From NCBI GenBank assembly GCA_001785865.1, contig MFUZ01000006.1:1-40643 (forward strand): a DNA stretch of 40,643 bases, given 5' to 3'. Under the pieces are notes generated by a model. That model saw only the letters and a list, made by a program, of their open reading frames with translations, had not been told where the DNA came from and made no database searches. Position numbers and translations under genes: made by a program. Source of the stretch: Candidatus Nomurabacteria bacterium RIFCSPLOWO2_01_FULL_41_18 (GTDB lineage Bacteria > Patescibacteriota > Minisyncoccia > Phycocordibacterales > UBA9973). Shown here piece by piece: positions 1 to 8,251 of the stretch (the stretch's first letter is position 1; each line of letters opens with the position of its first letter).

Positions 1-540
1 GTCAGTTCGTGGTTTGAATTGTACCCTTAAGTGGGCTAACGAACGCAACCCTCGTTGTGTGTTACAAGTGTCACACGAGACCGCCCCCTCTCATGCACGT
101 AAATAAAGTTTTATATTTTTTAGTGATATTTTAATTCATGATATTTTCACTAAAGTAATAAATTTTGTTTGCATGAGAGGGGGAGGAAGGAGAGGATGAC
201 GCCAGGTCAGCATGTCCCTTTGATACCCTGGGCTACACACATAATACAATCGCCATTACAACGCGTTGCGACGAGGTAACTCTGAGCTAATCGTTTAAAA
301 ATGGCGTCAGTTCGGATTGAAGGCTGCAACTCGCCTTCATGAAGCTGGAATTGCTAGTAATCGCAGGTCAGCTAAACTGCGGTGAATACGTTCTCAAGTC
401 TTGTACTCACCGCCCGTCAAGTCAAGGGAGCCGGGAGTACCCGAAGTATCCGCATAAGCGGGTCCTAAGGTAAGCTCGGTGACAGGGACTAAGTCGTAAC
501 AAGGCACGGGTAGCGGAAGCTGCTCGTGGAATAATTCAAT
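1..540 (+). rRNA. rrs: 16S rRNA, 3' part (truncated by window start; 3' end approximate)
   Basis: Conserved 16S motifs AACGAACGCAACCC, GGAGGAAGG..GGATGACG, GGAATTGCTAGTAATCG, CTTGTACTCACCGCCCGTCA and AAGTCGTAACAAGG; helix 45 CACGGGTAGC-GGAA-GCTGCTCGTG at 505-528. Confidence 0.97.
84..183 (+). other. AT-rich hairpin insertion (intervening/expansion segment) in 16S helix 40
   Basis: CCCCCTCTCATGCA (84-97) pairs with TGCATGAGAGGGGG (170-183) and replaces the short helix normally found just before GGAGGAAGG. Confidence 0.85.
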
Positions 541-766
541 TTGAAAAACGTCCCTCACATGCTCGCATGTGAGGGGTAAAATGTCCCTCACTAATTTTTA
601 AATTGGTGAGGGACGTGAGTCGGTATTGCACGCCTCAATTGAGCGTGTAATGGACAATAATAGAATGTCCTAAAAACTATTTGACAGAGAGGAAAGACTC
701 TTAAGTTATAGAACGAAACAAAATAAAGGACAGTTCACTCCGCCTATTTCAGGCGGGGCAAGCTAC

Positions 767-795
767 AAAATACCTCGTAAAAACGGGGTATTTTT
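767..795 (+). terminator. Intrinsic terminator after 16S
   Basis: AAAATACCTCGT-aaaa-ACGGGGTATTTTT stem-loop with T tract. Confidence 0.7.
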
Positions 796-804
796 GCGTT
801 TAGA

Positions 805-833
805 TTGACAAAAATCGCAAATGGGTGTATAAT
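805..833 (+). promoter_or_regulatory. Consensus sigma70 promoter
   Basis: TTGACA (805-810), 17 nt, TATAAT (828-833). Confidence 0.85.
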
Positions 834-845
834 GAGGAGATAGGT

Positions 846-922
846 CAGTTCTTTTAAATTGTTGCCAAATTCGCTAGAGCAGAAAGCATCTTGTTGTCTA
901 AGATTTTTTCTGTTCTAGCGAA
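846..922 (+). promoter_or_regulatory. Leader element A: boxA-like motif plus 23-bp hairpin
   Basis: CAGTTCTTTTAAA, then TTCGCTAGAGCAGAAAGCATCTT/AAGATTTTTTCTGTTCTAGCGAA (870-922). Confidence 0.6.
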
Positions 923-957
923 AAAAATGTTGGTCAACTTAAGAAAAGGAATTCAAA

Positions 958-1149
958 ATGAAGACAATTATACCAAATTGGAGTGATGTCAGTTTCGAAG
1001 TCGTCGTGGCACGTGGTTCGTTGAGGCGCCCTTCCGTTCTTTACGATGCGGGAATCAATAGGTGCCCTAAAGATCCTCCCTTCTGGAAACCGAATCCCGA
1101 TCCTCAGTTCGTGATTACGCCATGGGGATTGAGGATTGTACGAAAGTAA
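958..1149 (+). CDS. Small hypothetical protein (63 aa)
   Basis: Has its own promoter, AAAGGA 7 nt before the ATG, and a GC hairpin terminator at 1163-1201. Confidence 0.6.
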   Translation: MKTIIPNWSDVSFEVVVARGSLRRPSVLYDAGINRCPKDPPFWKPNPDPQFVITPWGLRIVRK

Positions 1150-1222
1150 TCAGAAGTAATCTAGTCGGCCGGCGGTCCCTTTGGACTCGCCGGCCGATTT
1201 TCGTTTATGGTATAATTTTTCC

Positions 1223-2146
1223 ATGGATTCAGTTTCTAAAAAAAGAGTTGGAGTGTTGCGAGGTGGCACTGGGGCACTGTATGAAAGATCGCTCAAGCGA
1301 GGAGGGGAGATCATCTCCCATATTTTTGAAAATTTGTCCGACAAATATAAAATTGTGGATATTTTGATCGATAAGGACGGGGTCTGGCACGTAAATGGCC
1401 TCCCTATTGTGCCAGCAGACCTGGGCTCGAAAGTAGATGTGGCTTGGAATGCAGCACATCCGTCTCTTTCGGCTATTTTGGATGATTTTTCTATCCCGAA
1501 TGTGGGCCAGGGGCACTTTTCTTTTGTGCTCGAGAATAGCCGAGAGATGCTTCGAGAACATATGAAAAAAATCAATGTCAGCATGCCTCGGCGGATCGTG
1601 TTCCCGGTATATCAGAAAGATTTCGACGGCCCGAGAGAAAGATATGCCATCAAAAAAGCCAAAGAAGTCTTCGAAAAATTCTCTTCGCCTTGGATAGTGA
1701 AATCCTTCACTCCGAACTTGAACATGGGAATCCATCTCGCAAAGACTTTCAATGAATTAGTGGCGGCGATAGAGGACGGAGTGAGGAACGAGAAGAGTAT
1801 TTTAGTGGAAGAATTTATCACTGGGAAAGTCGCGTCTATGCATTCTGTTTCAGATTTCCGTGGGCAAGATTTTTATATTTTTCCAGCAACAAATGTTTCT
1901 GGGAACTTATCTGTGAGTGAGAAAGAGAAATTAGATTATTTAATAAAAGAATTACATAAGCATATAGGTGCAAAACATTACTTGAAATCCAACTTTGTTT
2001 TGAATAAAAGAGGAAAAGTTTATTTATTAGATTTAGAATCTACCCCAGATCTAAGGCTAGACTCACATTTCTCTAAAGTCTGTGAATCTGTGGGCGCAAA
2101 AATGCATGATGTAGTGGGGCATATGATAGAAAAAGTCTTAAAATAA
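1223..2146 (+). CDS. D-Ala-D-Ala ligase-like ATP-grasp protein (divergent)
   Basis: RVGVLRGG N-terminus, PWIVK, ILVEEFITG; start moved to ATG 1223, 6 nt after TGnTATAAT. Confidence 0.75.
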   Translation: MDSVSKKRVGVLRGGTGALYERSLKRGGEIISHIFENLSDKYKIVDILIDKDGVWHVNGLPIVPADLGSKVDVAWNAAHPSLSAILDDFSIPNVGQGHFSFVLENSREMLREHMKKINVSMPRRIVFPVYQKDFDGPRERYAIKKAKEVFEKFSSPWIVKSFTPNLNMGIHLAKTFNELVAAIEDGVRNEKSILVEEFITGKVASMHSVSDFRGQDFYIFPATNVSGNLSVSEKEKLDYLIKELHKHIGAKHYLKSNFVLNKRGKVYLLDLESTPDLRLDSHFSKVCESVGAKMHDVVGHMIEKVLK

Positions 2147-2147
2147 G

Positions 2148-2891
2148 ATGGAATTAGTAATCATATTTGTCACAACTCTGATAGCTTCTCTTCTTAGTTC
2201 TATGTCTGGGGGAGGTACAGCCATTATAAATATTCCTGTTTTTTTGTCTTTAGGATTTTCTGTTCCTCTTGCCCTTGCGACCATTTCACTTAACAATGTT
2301 TTCTGGGTTTTACTTGCTTCTAGAAATTATCTTAAGGGTAGAAATATTGACTGGAAATTTATAATTTTATTTTCGGCTATAGGTGTTATTGGTTCATACA
2401 TTAGTATTCAATTTGTCACCGGTATAAGCACAAGAACTTATCAACTACTCGTTGGTCCATTACTTTTAGCTCTTGTTGCGTATACCTATTTAAAAAGAGA
2501 TTTAGGTTTACAACAACAAAAAGTTTACTCAAAAACACGACAAATGCTGGCTTACCCCTTTGCTCTTTTGCTGGGATTTTATGAAAGCGCTTTTGCTGCC
2601 GGCAACGCGATTTTATTTTCAATTGTAAGTTTTTATACAAAGGGCTTTGATTTTATTTCTGCACTTGGTTATTATTACGCAGTTGCGTTTGCGTGGGTTT
2701 TGATAAGCGCACTATTATTAATATGTAAAGGATATTATGATCTAAAAATTATGCCAGTAGCGATTGCTGGCTCTGTAGTCGGTGCTTATATTGGTTCGAA
2801 ATACGGGCGTTACAAGGGAAATAAGTTTATCAAAATTACTTTTGTGGTTATTGGTGGTATTCTAGGCTTTAAATTATTGTTTGGATTATAA
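2148..2891 (+). CDS. TSUP / sulfite exporter TauE/SafE family membrane protein
   Basis: SMSGGG motif, about 8 TM helices, GSVVGAYIGS. Confidence 0.8.
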   Translation: MELVIIFVTTLIASLLSSMSGGGTAIINIPVFLSLGFSVPLALATISLNNVFWVLLASRNYLKGRNIDWKFIILFSAIGVIGSYISIQFVTGISTRTYQLLVGPLLLALVAYTYLKRDLGLQQQKVYSKTRQMLAYPFALLLGFYESAFAAGNAILFSIVSFYTKGFDFISALGYYYAVAFAWVLISALLLICKGYYDLKIMPVAIAGSVVGAYIGSKYGRYKGNKFIKITFVVIGGILGFKLLFGL

Positions 2892-2901
2892 AAAATATAC
2901 T

Positions 2902-2972
2902 GGGCCTGTAGTATAGTAGTAATACGCGTCCATGGCATGGACGAGTCAGGAGTGCGATCCTCCTCAGGTCCA
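2902..2972 (+). tRNA. tRNA-Ala(GGC)
   Basis: Acceptor GGGCCTG/CAGGTCC with G3:U70; anticodon loop ATGGCAT. Confidence 0.9.
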
Positions 2973-3008
2973 CAAGCAGTAAAAATTAAACTGCTTTAAC
3001 TTTTTGTT

Positions 3009-3090
3009 GGGCATGTGGCGGAATTGGTATACGCGTACGCTTCAGGAGCGTATGTCGCAAGACTTGGGAGTTCAAATCTCCCCATGCCCA
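3009..3090 (+). tRNA. tRNA-Leu(CAG)
   Basis: Acceptor GGGCATG/CATGCCC; anticodon loop TTCAGGA; long variable arm. Confidence 0.95.
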
Positions 3091-3110
3091 CCTTTTTTAG
3101 AGTTAAGCGG

Positions 3111-3141
3111 GTTTACCCGCCGAAGCTTTAGCGAAGGCGGG
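3111..3141. repeat. Short palindromic element abutting the tRNA-Pro 5' end
   Basis: TTTACCCGCCGAAGCTTTAGCGAAGGCGGG, with GCGGG repeated directly on both sides. Confidence 0.6.
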
Positions 3142-3208
3142 CCGTAGTATACCGGTAGTACGCATCCTTCGGGAGGACGTAGACTGGGTTCGATTCCCAG
3201 CGGCCCGA
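3138..3208 (+). tRNA. tRNA-Pro(CGG)
   Basis: Acceptor CGGGCCG/CGGCCCG; anticodon loop TTCGGGA; T arm GGGTTCGATTCCC. Confidence 0.9.
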
Positions 3209-3326
3209 ATTTTTGCTATAATTACAACTGAATAAATTATTTTTATCTGTAGCGGGTGGTCGCACTCACATAGGCACATATGTTGGAGTTTCGCCATCAC
3301 CCGCTTCAAATGAAAATAATTAGCTT

Positions 3327-3429
3327 AACACGTCATAAAGATTTTGGAGTACAAATATTTTTCTACTGAAAAATTTTTCCTGCTCGGCTCGCCAGCCTGC
3401 GCAAGCCTCCAAAATCTTTGTGACGTGTT
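3327..3429. repeat. MITE-like element with 23-bp terminal inverted repeats
   Basis: AACACGTCATAAAGATTTTGGAG (3327-3349) matches the reverse complement of 3407-3429 at 22/23 positions. Confidence 0.65.
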
Positions 3430-3585
3430 TTTAGTTATCCACAGTTTTATAAAAAAAAGTATTGTGTTATGTTTTTATATGCGAGATAATTAAATTGTAA
3501 GTGCAATAATTATTGGAAATATTTTTTTAATTTTTTCAGGTCGTTTTATTGCAAACTATATTTAGAAAATTAATTTACAAAAACT

Positions 3586-3678
3586 ATGGCAAAGAAAAAA
3601 AAGCGAGCAGCAAAGAGAGGAAAGAGAAAGGCAGCTAAAAAAGGAAAAAAGCGAAAAGCTGCAAAGAGACGAAGATAG
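3586..3678 (+). CDS. 30-aa Lys/Arg-rich basic peptide (histone-tail/protamine-like)
   Basis: MAKKKKRAAKRGKRKAAKKGKKRKAAKRRR; below the ORF-track cutoff; followed by terminator AAAAAACTCCCC..GGGGAGTTTTTT (3692-3723). Confidence 0.7.
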   Translation: MAKKKKRAAKRGKRKAAKKGKKRKAAKRRR

Positions 3679-3779
3679 CATTTTGCTTTCTAAAAAAACT
3701 CCCCAAAAACGGGGAGTTTTTTTGTTTCTTGCCCCGTCCCGAGCTTCGCTCTGGTGCGGGTGTATGCTAATATATATTT

Positions 3780-6341
3780 ATGTCTTTATTTGGCAAAATG
3801 TTCGGTAATGAGAGTTCTAAATTCATTGGAAACACATCAGGAATAGTGGCTAAAATCAACGCTTTTGAAGCGGATATTTCAAAGTTAAAAGATGAGGATT
3901 TTCCTAAAAAAACAGAAGGGTTTAAGGATAGACTAGCAAAAGCAGAGAATAAAGAAGAAATTCTGAATGAAATATTGCCTGAAGCTTTTGCTCTAGTGCG
4001 AGAAGCTGCCAAAAGGAATTTGGGTGAGAGACACTATGACGTCCAATTGATCGGAGGTATAGCACTTCACAGCGGAAAAATTGCCGAAATGCGAACTGGT
4101 GAGGGAAAAACTTTGGTGGCTGTTCTCCCAGCATATTTAAATGCATTAGTAGGGGAAGGGGTGCATATTGTTACTGTGAACGATTATCTTTCTCGTATCG
4201 GGGTAGTACTCATGGGTCAAGTTTATAATTTCTTAGGACTCACTGTTGGGGTTATTAATTCTAATAATGTTTCTTATTTATACGATGCCACGCACAAAGA
4301 AGAAGACAAGGAACGAGATGTAGTCGGAGAATTTAAAGTTGTTTATGATTTTTTAAAACCTTGTTCTCGCAAAGAGGCTTATCAAACAGATGTGACTTAT
4401 GGTACAAATCACGAATATGGTTTTGATTATTTGCGAGACAATTTAGCCACTTCAGTGGCGGATTTGGTTCAGCGTGGACATTATTATGCAATTGTTGACG
4501 AAGTGGACTCCATTTTGATAGATGAAGCGCGTACCCCGCTTATTATTTCTTCGGCATCCGGAGATTCTGGAGATTTTTATATTAAATTTTATCAAATCGC
4601 TAAACAGCTCAAAAGAGATACTGATTATGAAGTGGATGAAAAATTAAAAGCTATAACTTTGACTGATGTGGGTATCACGAAAGCTGAACAACTTTTAGGA
4701 GTACAAAATATTTATACAGAAAAAGGTATTAAATATGTTCATCACTTGGAAACGGCAGTAAAAGCACAAGCTATTTTTGAAAAAGATAAAGATTATGTAG
4801 TAAAAGAAGGGGAAGTGGTAATTGTGGATCCTTTTACTGGGCGTCTTCAGCCCGGACGTCGTTGGTCTGAAGGAATTCATCAAGCCATAGAGGCAAAAGA
4901 GGGTGTAAAGATAGAAAAAGAAACTCGTTCATCCGGGTCTATCACTTTCCAGAATTATTTTAGATTTTATAAAAAACTTTCAGGTATGACGGGTACTGCA
5001 GAGACTTCGGCAGAAGAATTTCTAAAAGTTTATGGTTTAGATGTGATAGTTATTCCGACCAATCGTCCTGTTGTGCGTAAAGATCACAATGATTTAATTT
5101 TTCAAACTGAAAAAGGAAAGTTTCAGGCTATTGCCAAAAAAGTGAAAGAATTAAATATGAAAGGGGAGCCAGTTTTGATCGGCACTATTTCAATTGAGAA
5201 AAATGAACTTCTTTCTGCATACCTCAAACAAGAAGGCGTGCCACATGTGATTTTGAATGCAAAGAATCACGAAAAAGAAGGAGAAATTATTGCACAAGCA
5301 GGAAAAAGAGGTGCAGTGACTATAGCTACAAACATGGCAGGACGTGGAATAGATATAAAACTCGGGGGTAACCCAATAATCAAGCCCGAATATGAATTTG
5401 TGAAGAGCGTCGGTGGGCTTTTTGTTTTAGGAACAGAGAGACATGAGGCAAGGAGAATAGACAACCAGCTAAGGGGGCGCTCTGGTAGACAAGGAGACCC
5501 AGGTGAGACGCAATTTTATGTTTCCCTCGAGGATGATTTGATGCGAGTGTTCGGTTCGGAACGGATCAAGACTATGATGGGGCGTTTCGGTATACCAGAA
5601 GATCAACCTATTGAGAATAGATTTATTGGCAGGACGCTAGAAGGAGCGCAAACAAAAATAGAAGGTTTTCATTTTGACGCTCGCAAACACACGCTTGAGT
5701 ACGATGACGTGATGAATCATCAACGTAAAATTATTTACGAGAGACGTCAGAAAATGCTTCAGGCGGATAAGAAGGGTATCGAAGACCTGATCTTGGATGT
5801 GGTCTCTGGAAAAGAAGGTGGGGACTCCGCCAAAGGGGACGGGGCAAGCAAGATAGTCGAGGAAAAAAGGAAAAAATTAGGAGGAGAGGCATTCCTAGAG
5901 GTTGTCCGTCGCATAGCACTGTATACTACAGATACGCTTTGGATGGAACATCTTGAAGCGATGGATTATTTGCGTAGTTCGGTCAATCTGCGTGCTTATG
6001 GTCAGAGGGAGCCTATCGTCGAATACAAAAAAGACGGGCTTATGATGTTTAAGGAAATGGAAGCAACTTTCAAAGAGCAAGTATTTTCCCTAATCGGTAC
6101 TATACAAGAGCCTGCCAAAGCGGAAGAGAATGCGCCAAAGCAGACTTTAATCACGAGCCATACAGAGTCCTCAGAGCTCGGAGGAAAGAAGGACGCCAGT
6201 CTGCCCAAAACAGACCTAGATATTGGCCGCAATGATCCGTGCCCTTGCGGAGCTATCAATCCGGCTACTGGCGAAGTATACAAATACAAGAAATGCGGCC
6301 TCATAAATGCGCCACAGCACAGAAAGTCGTTGATTAATTAA
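3780..6341 (+). CDS. secA: Preprotein translocase ATPase SecA
   Basis: MRTGEGKT, IVDEVDSILIDEARTPLIIS, ATNMAGRG, RRIDNQLRGRSGRQGDPG, C-terminal GRNDPCPC. Confidence 0.99.
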   Translation: MSLFGKMFGNESSKFIGNTSGIVAKINAFEADISKLKDEDFPKKTEGFKDRLAKAENKEEILNEILPEAFALVREAAKRNLGERHYDVQLIGGIALHSGKIAEMRTGEGKTLVAVLPAYLNALVGEGVHIVTVNDYLSRIGVVLMGQVYNFLGLTVGVINSNNVSYLYDATHKEEDKERDVVGEFKVVYDFLKPCSRKEAYQTDVTYGTNHEYGFDYLRDNLATSVADLVQRGHYYAIVDEVDSILIDEARTPLIISSASGDSGDFYIKFYQIAKQLKRDTDYEVDEKLKAITLTDVGITKAEQLLGVQNIYTEKGIKYVHHLETAVKAQAIFEKDKDYVVKEGEVVIVDPFTGRLQPGRRWSEGIHQAIEAKEGVKIEKETRSSGSITFQNYFRFYKKLSGMTGTAETSAEEFLKVYGLDVIVIPTNRPVVRKDHNDLIFQTEKGKFQAIAKKVKELNMKGEPVLIGTISIEKNELLSAYLKQEGVPHVILNAKNHEKEGEIIAQAGKRGAVTIATNMAGRGIDIKLGGNPIIKPEYEFVKSVGGLFVLGTERHEARRIDNQLRGRSGRQGDPGETQFYVSLEDDLMRVFGSERIKTMMGRFGIPEDQPIENRFIGRTLEGAQTKIEGFHFDARKHTLEYDDVMNHQRKIIYERRQKMLQADKKGIEDLILDVVSGKEGGDSAKGDGASKIVEEKRKKLGGEAFLEVVRRIALYTTDTLWMEHLEAMDYLRSSVNLRAYGQREPIVEYKKDGLMMFKEMEATFKEQVFSLIGTIQEPAKAEENAPKQTLITSHTESSELGGKKDASLPKTDLDIGRNDPCPCGAINPATGEVYKYKKCGLINAPQHRKSLIN

Positions 6342-6342
6342 A

Positions 6343-6849
6343 ATGCAACTAGTTAAACCTTCTGTTGAATATAAAGATAGTTTTTTAGAAGCCAAAAAAG
6401 AATATGAGGCTAATGGTGAAAGTATATACCTTCATGGACATAAACCTGACGATGATTTTGATAAACATCTTCTTAAGATTAAAGAAAGAGCAGAAGGAGT
6501 AAATCTACCTGCAGACAGAGTTCCGCAGACGGAATTATGGCTCATAGAAAATGGTAAATTTATAGGTTGGACCAAGATCAGGCACAAGCTCAATGAAAAT
6601 TTGCTTTTACAGGGTGGGCATATAGGATATTCCATAAGGCCCTCAATGCGAAATAAGGGCTATGGAACAAAAATACTAGAGTTGGCTTTAGATGAGGCAA
6701 AAAAACTAGGAATTGAAAAAGCATTACTGACTTGTGAAGATGACAACATAAATTCAGCTAAAGTTATAGAAAAGAATGGCGGTGTTTTGGAAAATAAAGT
6801 TACAGGCGATAGAAAACTTAAACGTAGGTATTGGATTGAAAATAAATAA
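6343..6849 (+). CDS. GNAT family acetyltransferase
   Basis: GGHIGYSIRPSMRNKGYG acetyl-CoA motif; NINSAKVIEKNGG. Confidence 0.9.
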   Translation: MQLVKPSVEYKDSFLEAKKEYEANGESIYLHGHKPDDDFDKHLLKIKERAEGVNLPADRVPQTELWLIENGKFIGWTKIRHKLNENLLLQGGHIGYSIRPSMRNKGYGTKILELALDEAKKLGIEKALLTCEDDNINSAKVIEKNGGVLENKVTGDRKLKRRYWIENK

Positions 6850-6850
6850 A

Positions 6851-7078
6851 ATGGAAAATAAAGTAAAACTAGGCACATATAAGCATTTTAAGGGGCATTT
6901 AGTTAAAGTTATTGGTGTTGCAAAACATACAGAAGATCCAGAAAAAGAATTTGTAGTTTATGAACATACTTACGAAGATGGTAAAATGCAACTCTGGATT
7001 AGACCAAAAGAAATGTTTTTAGAAGAAGTCGAAAGAGATGGTTATAAAGGTCCGAGGTTTGAGTATGTTGGAGAATAG
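6851..7078 (+). CDS. DUF1653 family protein
   Basis: GTYKHFKG..VVYE..WIRPKEMFLE..RF; start set at ATG 6851. Confidence 0.85.
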   Translation: MENKVKLGTYKHFKGHLVKVIGVAKHTEDPEKEFVVYEHTYEDGKMQLWIRPKEMFLEEVERDGYKGPRFEYVGE

Positions 7079-7082
7079 AATT

Positions 7083-7718
7083 ATGCAGAATATTAAATCA
7101 ATTATTTTTGATGTAGATGGAGTTTTGATTGATTCATTGGAAGGCAATCATAAGTTCTATACTGACTTAATGAAAAAGTTTGGTTATGAATTTATGAAAT
7201 TAGAAGAATTTATCTCTCATTTTCACCTAACAACGAAGGACGTTATAAGACATTCCACTAAACTTACAGATGAAAAGGAAATTGAGAAAATATGGTTGGC
7301 AGGCAAAAATCGGGAAGTACCTTATCCTGAAGAACTTTTAGGAATTCCAAAAAATTTAAAAAATACGATTGAAGCACTAAGTAAGAAATATGTTCTTGGT
7401 GTAGCCACGAGTCGTACACTTACTCCTTTTTCAATTACTCAATTAATCGATCTAGAAAAATATTTTAAAGCAGAAGTTATATATGGTGACACTAAAAATC
7501 ACAAACCTCATCCTGAACCGCTCATTTTGGCTGCACAGAAGCTAGGTTTAAAGCCGGAAGAATGTGTTTATGTGGGAGATTCAGCAACGGATTTAATGGC
7601 TGCTCGTGATGCAGGCATGAAATGTATTATAATTGAATCACACGGAAGAAACATAAAAGGCGCGGATGAAAATATTTCTTCCTTTGAAGGATTAATTAAA
7701 ACAGTGGATTCTTTATAA
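7083..7718 (+). CDS. HAD-superfamily hydrolase (phosphoglycolate phosphatase-like)
   Basis: FDVDGVLIDS, KPHPEP, YVGDS..D motifs. Confidence 0.9.
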   Translation: MQNIKSIIFDVDGVLIDSLEGNHKFYTDLMKKFGYEFMKLEEFISHFHLTTKDVIRHSTKLTDEKEIEKIWLAGKNREVPYPEELLGIPKNLKNTIEALSKKYVLGVATSRTLTPFSITQLIDLEKYFKAEVIYGDTKNHKPHPEPLILAAQKLGLKPEECVYVGDSATDLMAARDAGMKCIIIESHGRNIKGADENISSFEGLIKTVDSL

Positions 7719-7738
7719 TTTAATTTTATATAAAATTT

Positions 7739-8251
7739 ATGCAAGATGAAGAATTGGTAGACATTGTTGACGAAAATATGAATTTCTTGAAGATTGCACC
7801 AAAAAAGGATGCACATATTGAAGGTTTATTACATAAGGCAGTTATAGCCAATGTTATAGATTCTCAAGGACGTTATCTTTTAACAAAACCATCTAAGGGT
7901 AGGCAGGATGCTTCTCAATATGTATTTCCTGCGGGTGGACATGTTAGCGCAGGAGAGGGTGAGGATGATGCTCTAAAGAGGGAAGTTTTTGAAGAGTTGG
8001 GTCTTAAAGATTTTAAGTTTGAATTTGTAGGTCGTGCGATTTTTAATCGCGAAGTCATAGGACGTAAAGAGAATCACTTTTTTAATTTATATAAAGTTTT
8101 TTCTGATCAAGAACCCAATATTGGACATGAGCACGAAGATTATAAGTATTTTTCTGAGACAGAACTAAGAAAAGAACTCAAAGAAAACCCCGAAAACTTT
8201 GGAGGCGCTTTTCACTTTGTTGTAAATAACTTTTTCCCAAATTTATTATGA
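7739..8251 (+). CDS. NUDIX hydrolase (IPP isomerase-like)
   Basis: GGHVSAGE..ALKREVFEELG Nudix box; N-terminal VDIVDE..H..GLLH. Confidence 0.85.
   Translation: MQDEELVDIVDENMNFLKIAPKKDAHIEGLLHKAVIANVIDSQGRYLLTKPSKGRQDASQYVFPAGGHVSAGEGEDDALKREVFEELGLKDFKFEFVGRAIFNREVIGRKENHFFNLYKVFSDQEPNIGHEHEDYKYFSETELRKELKENPENFGGAFHFVVNNFFPNLL

Noticed and set aside
394-591. Minus-strand 65-aa ORF
   Set aside because: Antisense to the 16S rRNA.
3435-3443. Perfect DnaA box TTATCCACA as a possible oriC
   Set aside because: Only one box was seen, with no cluster and no dnaA/dnaN nearby.
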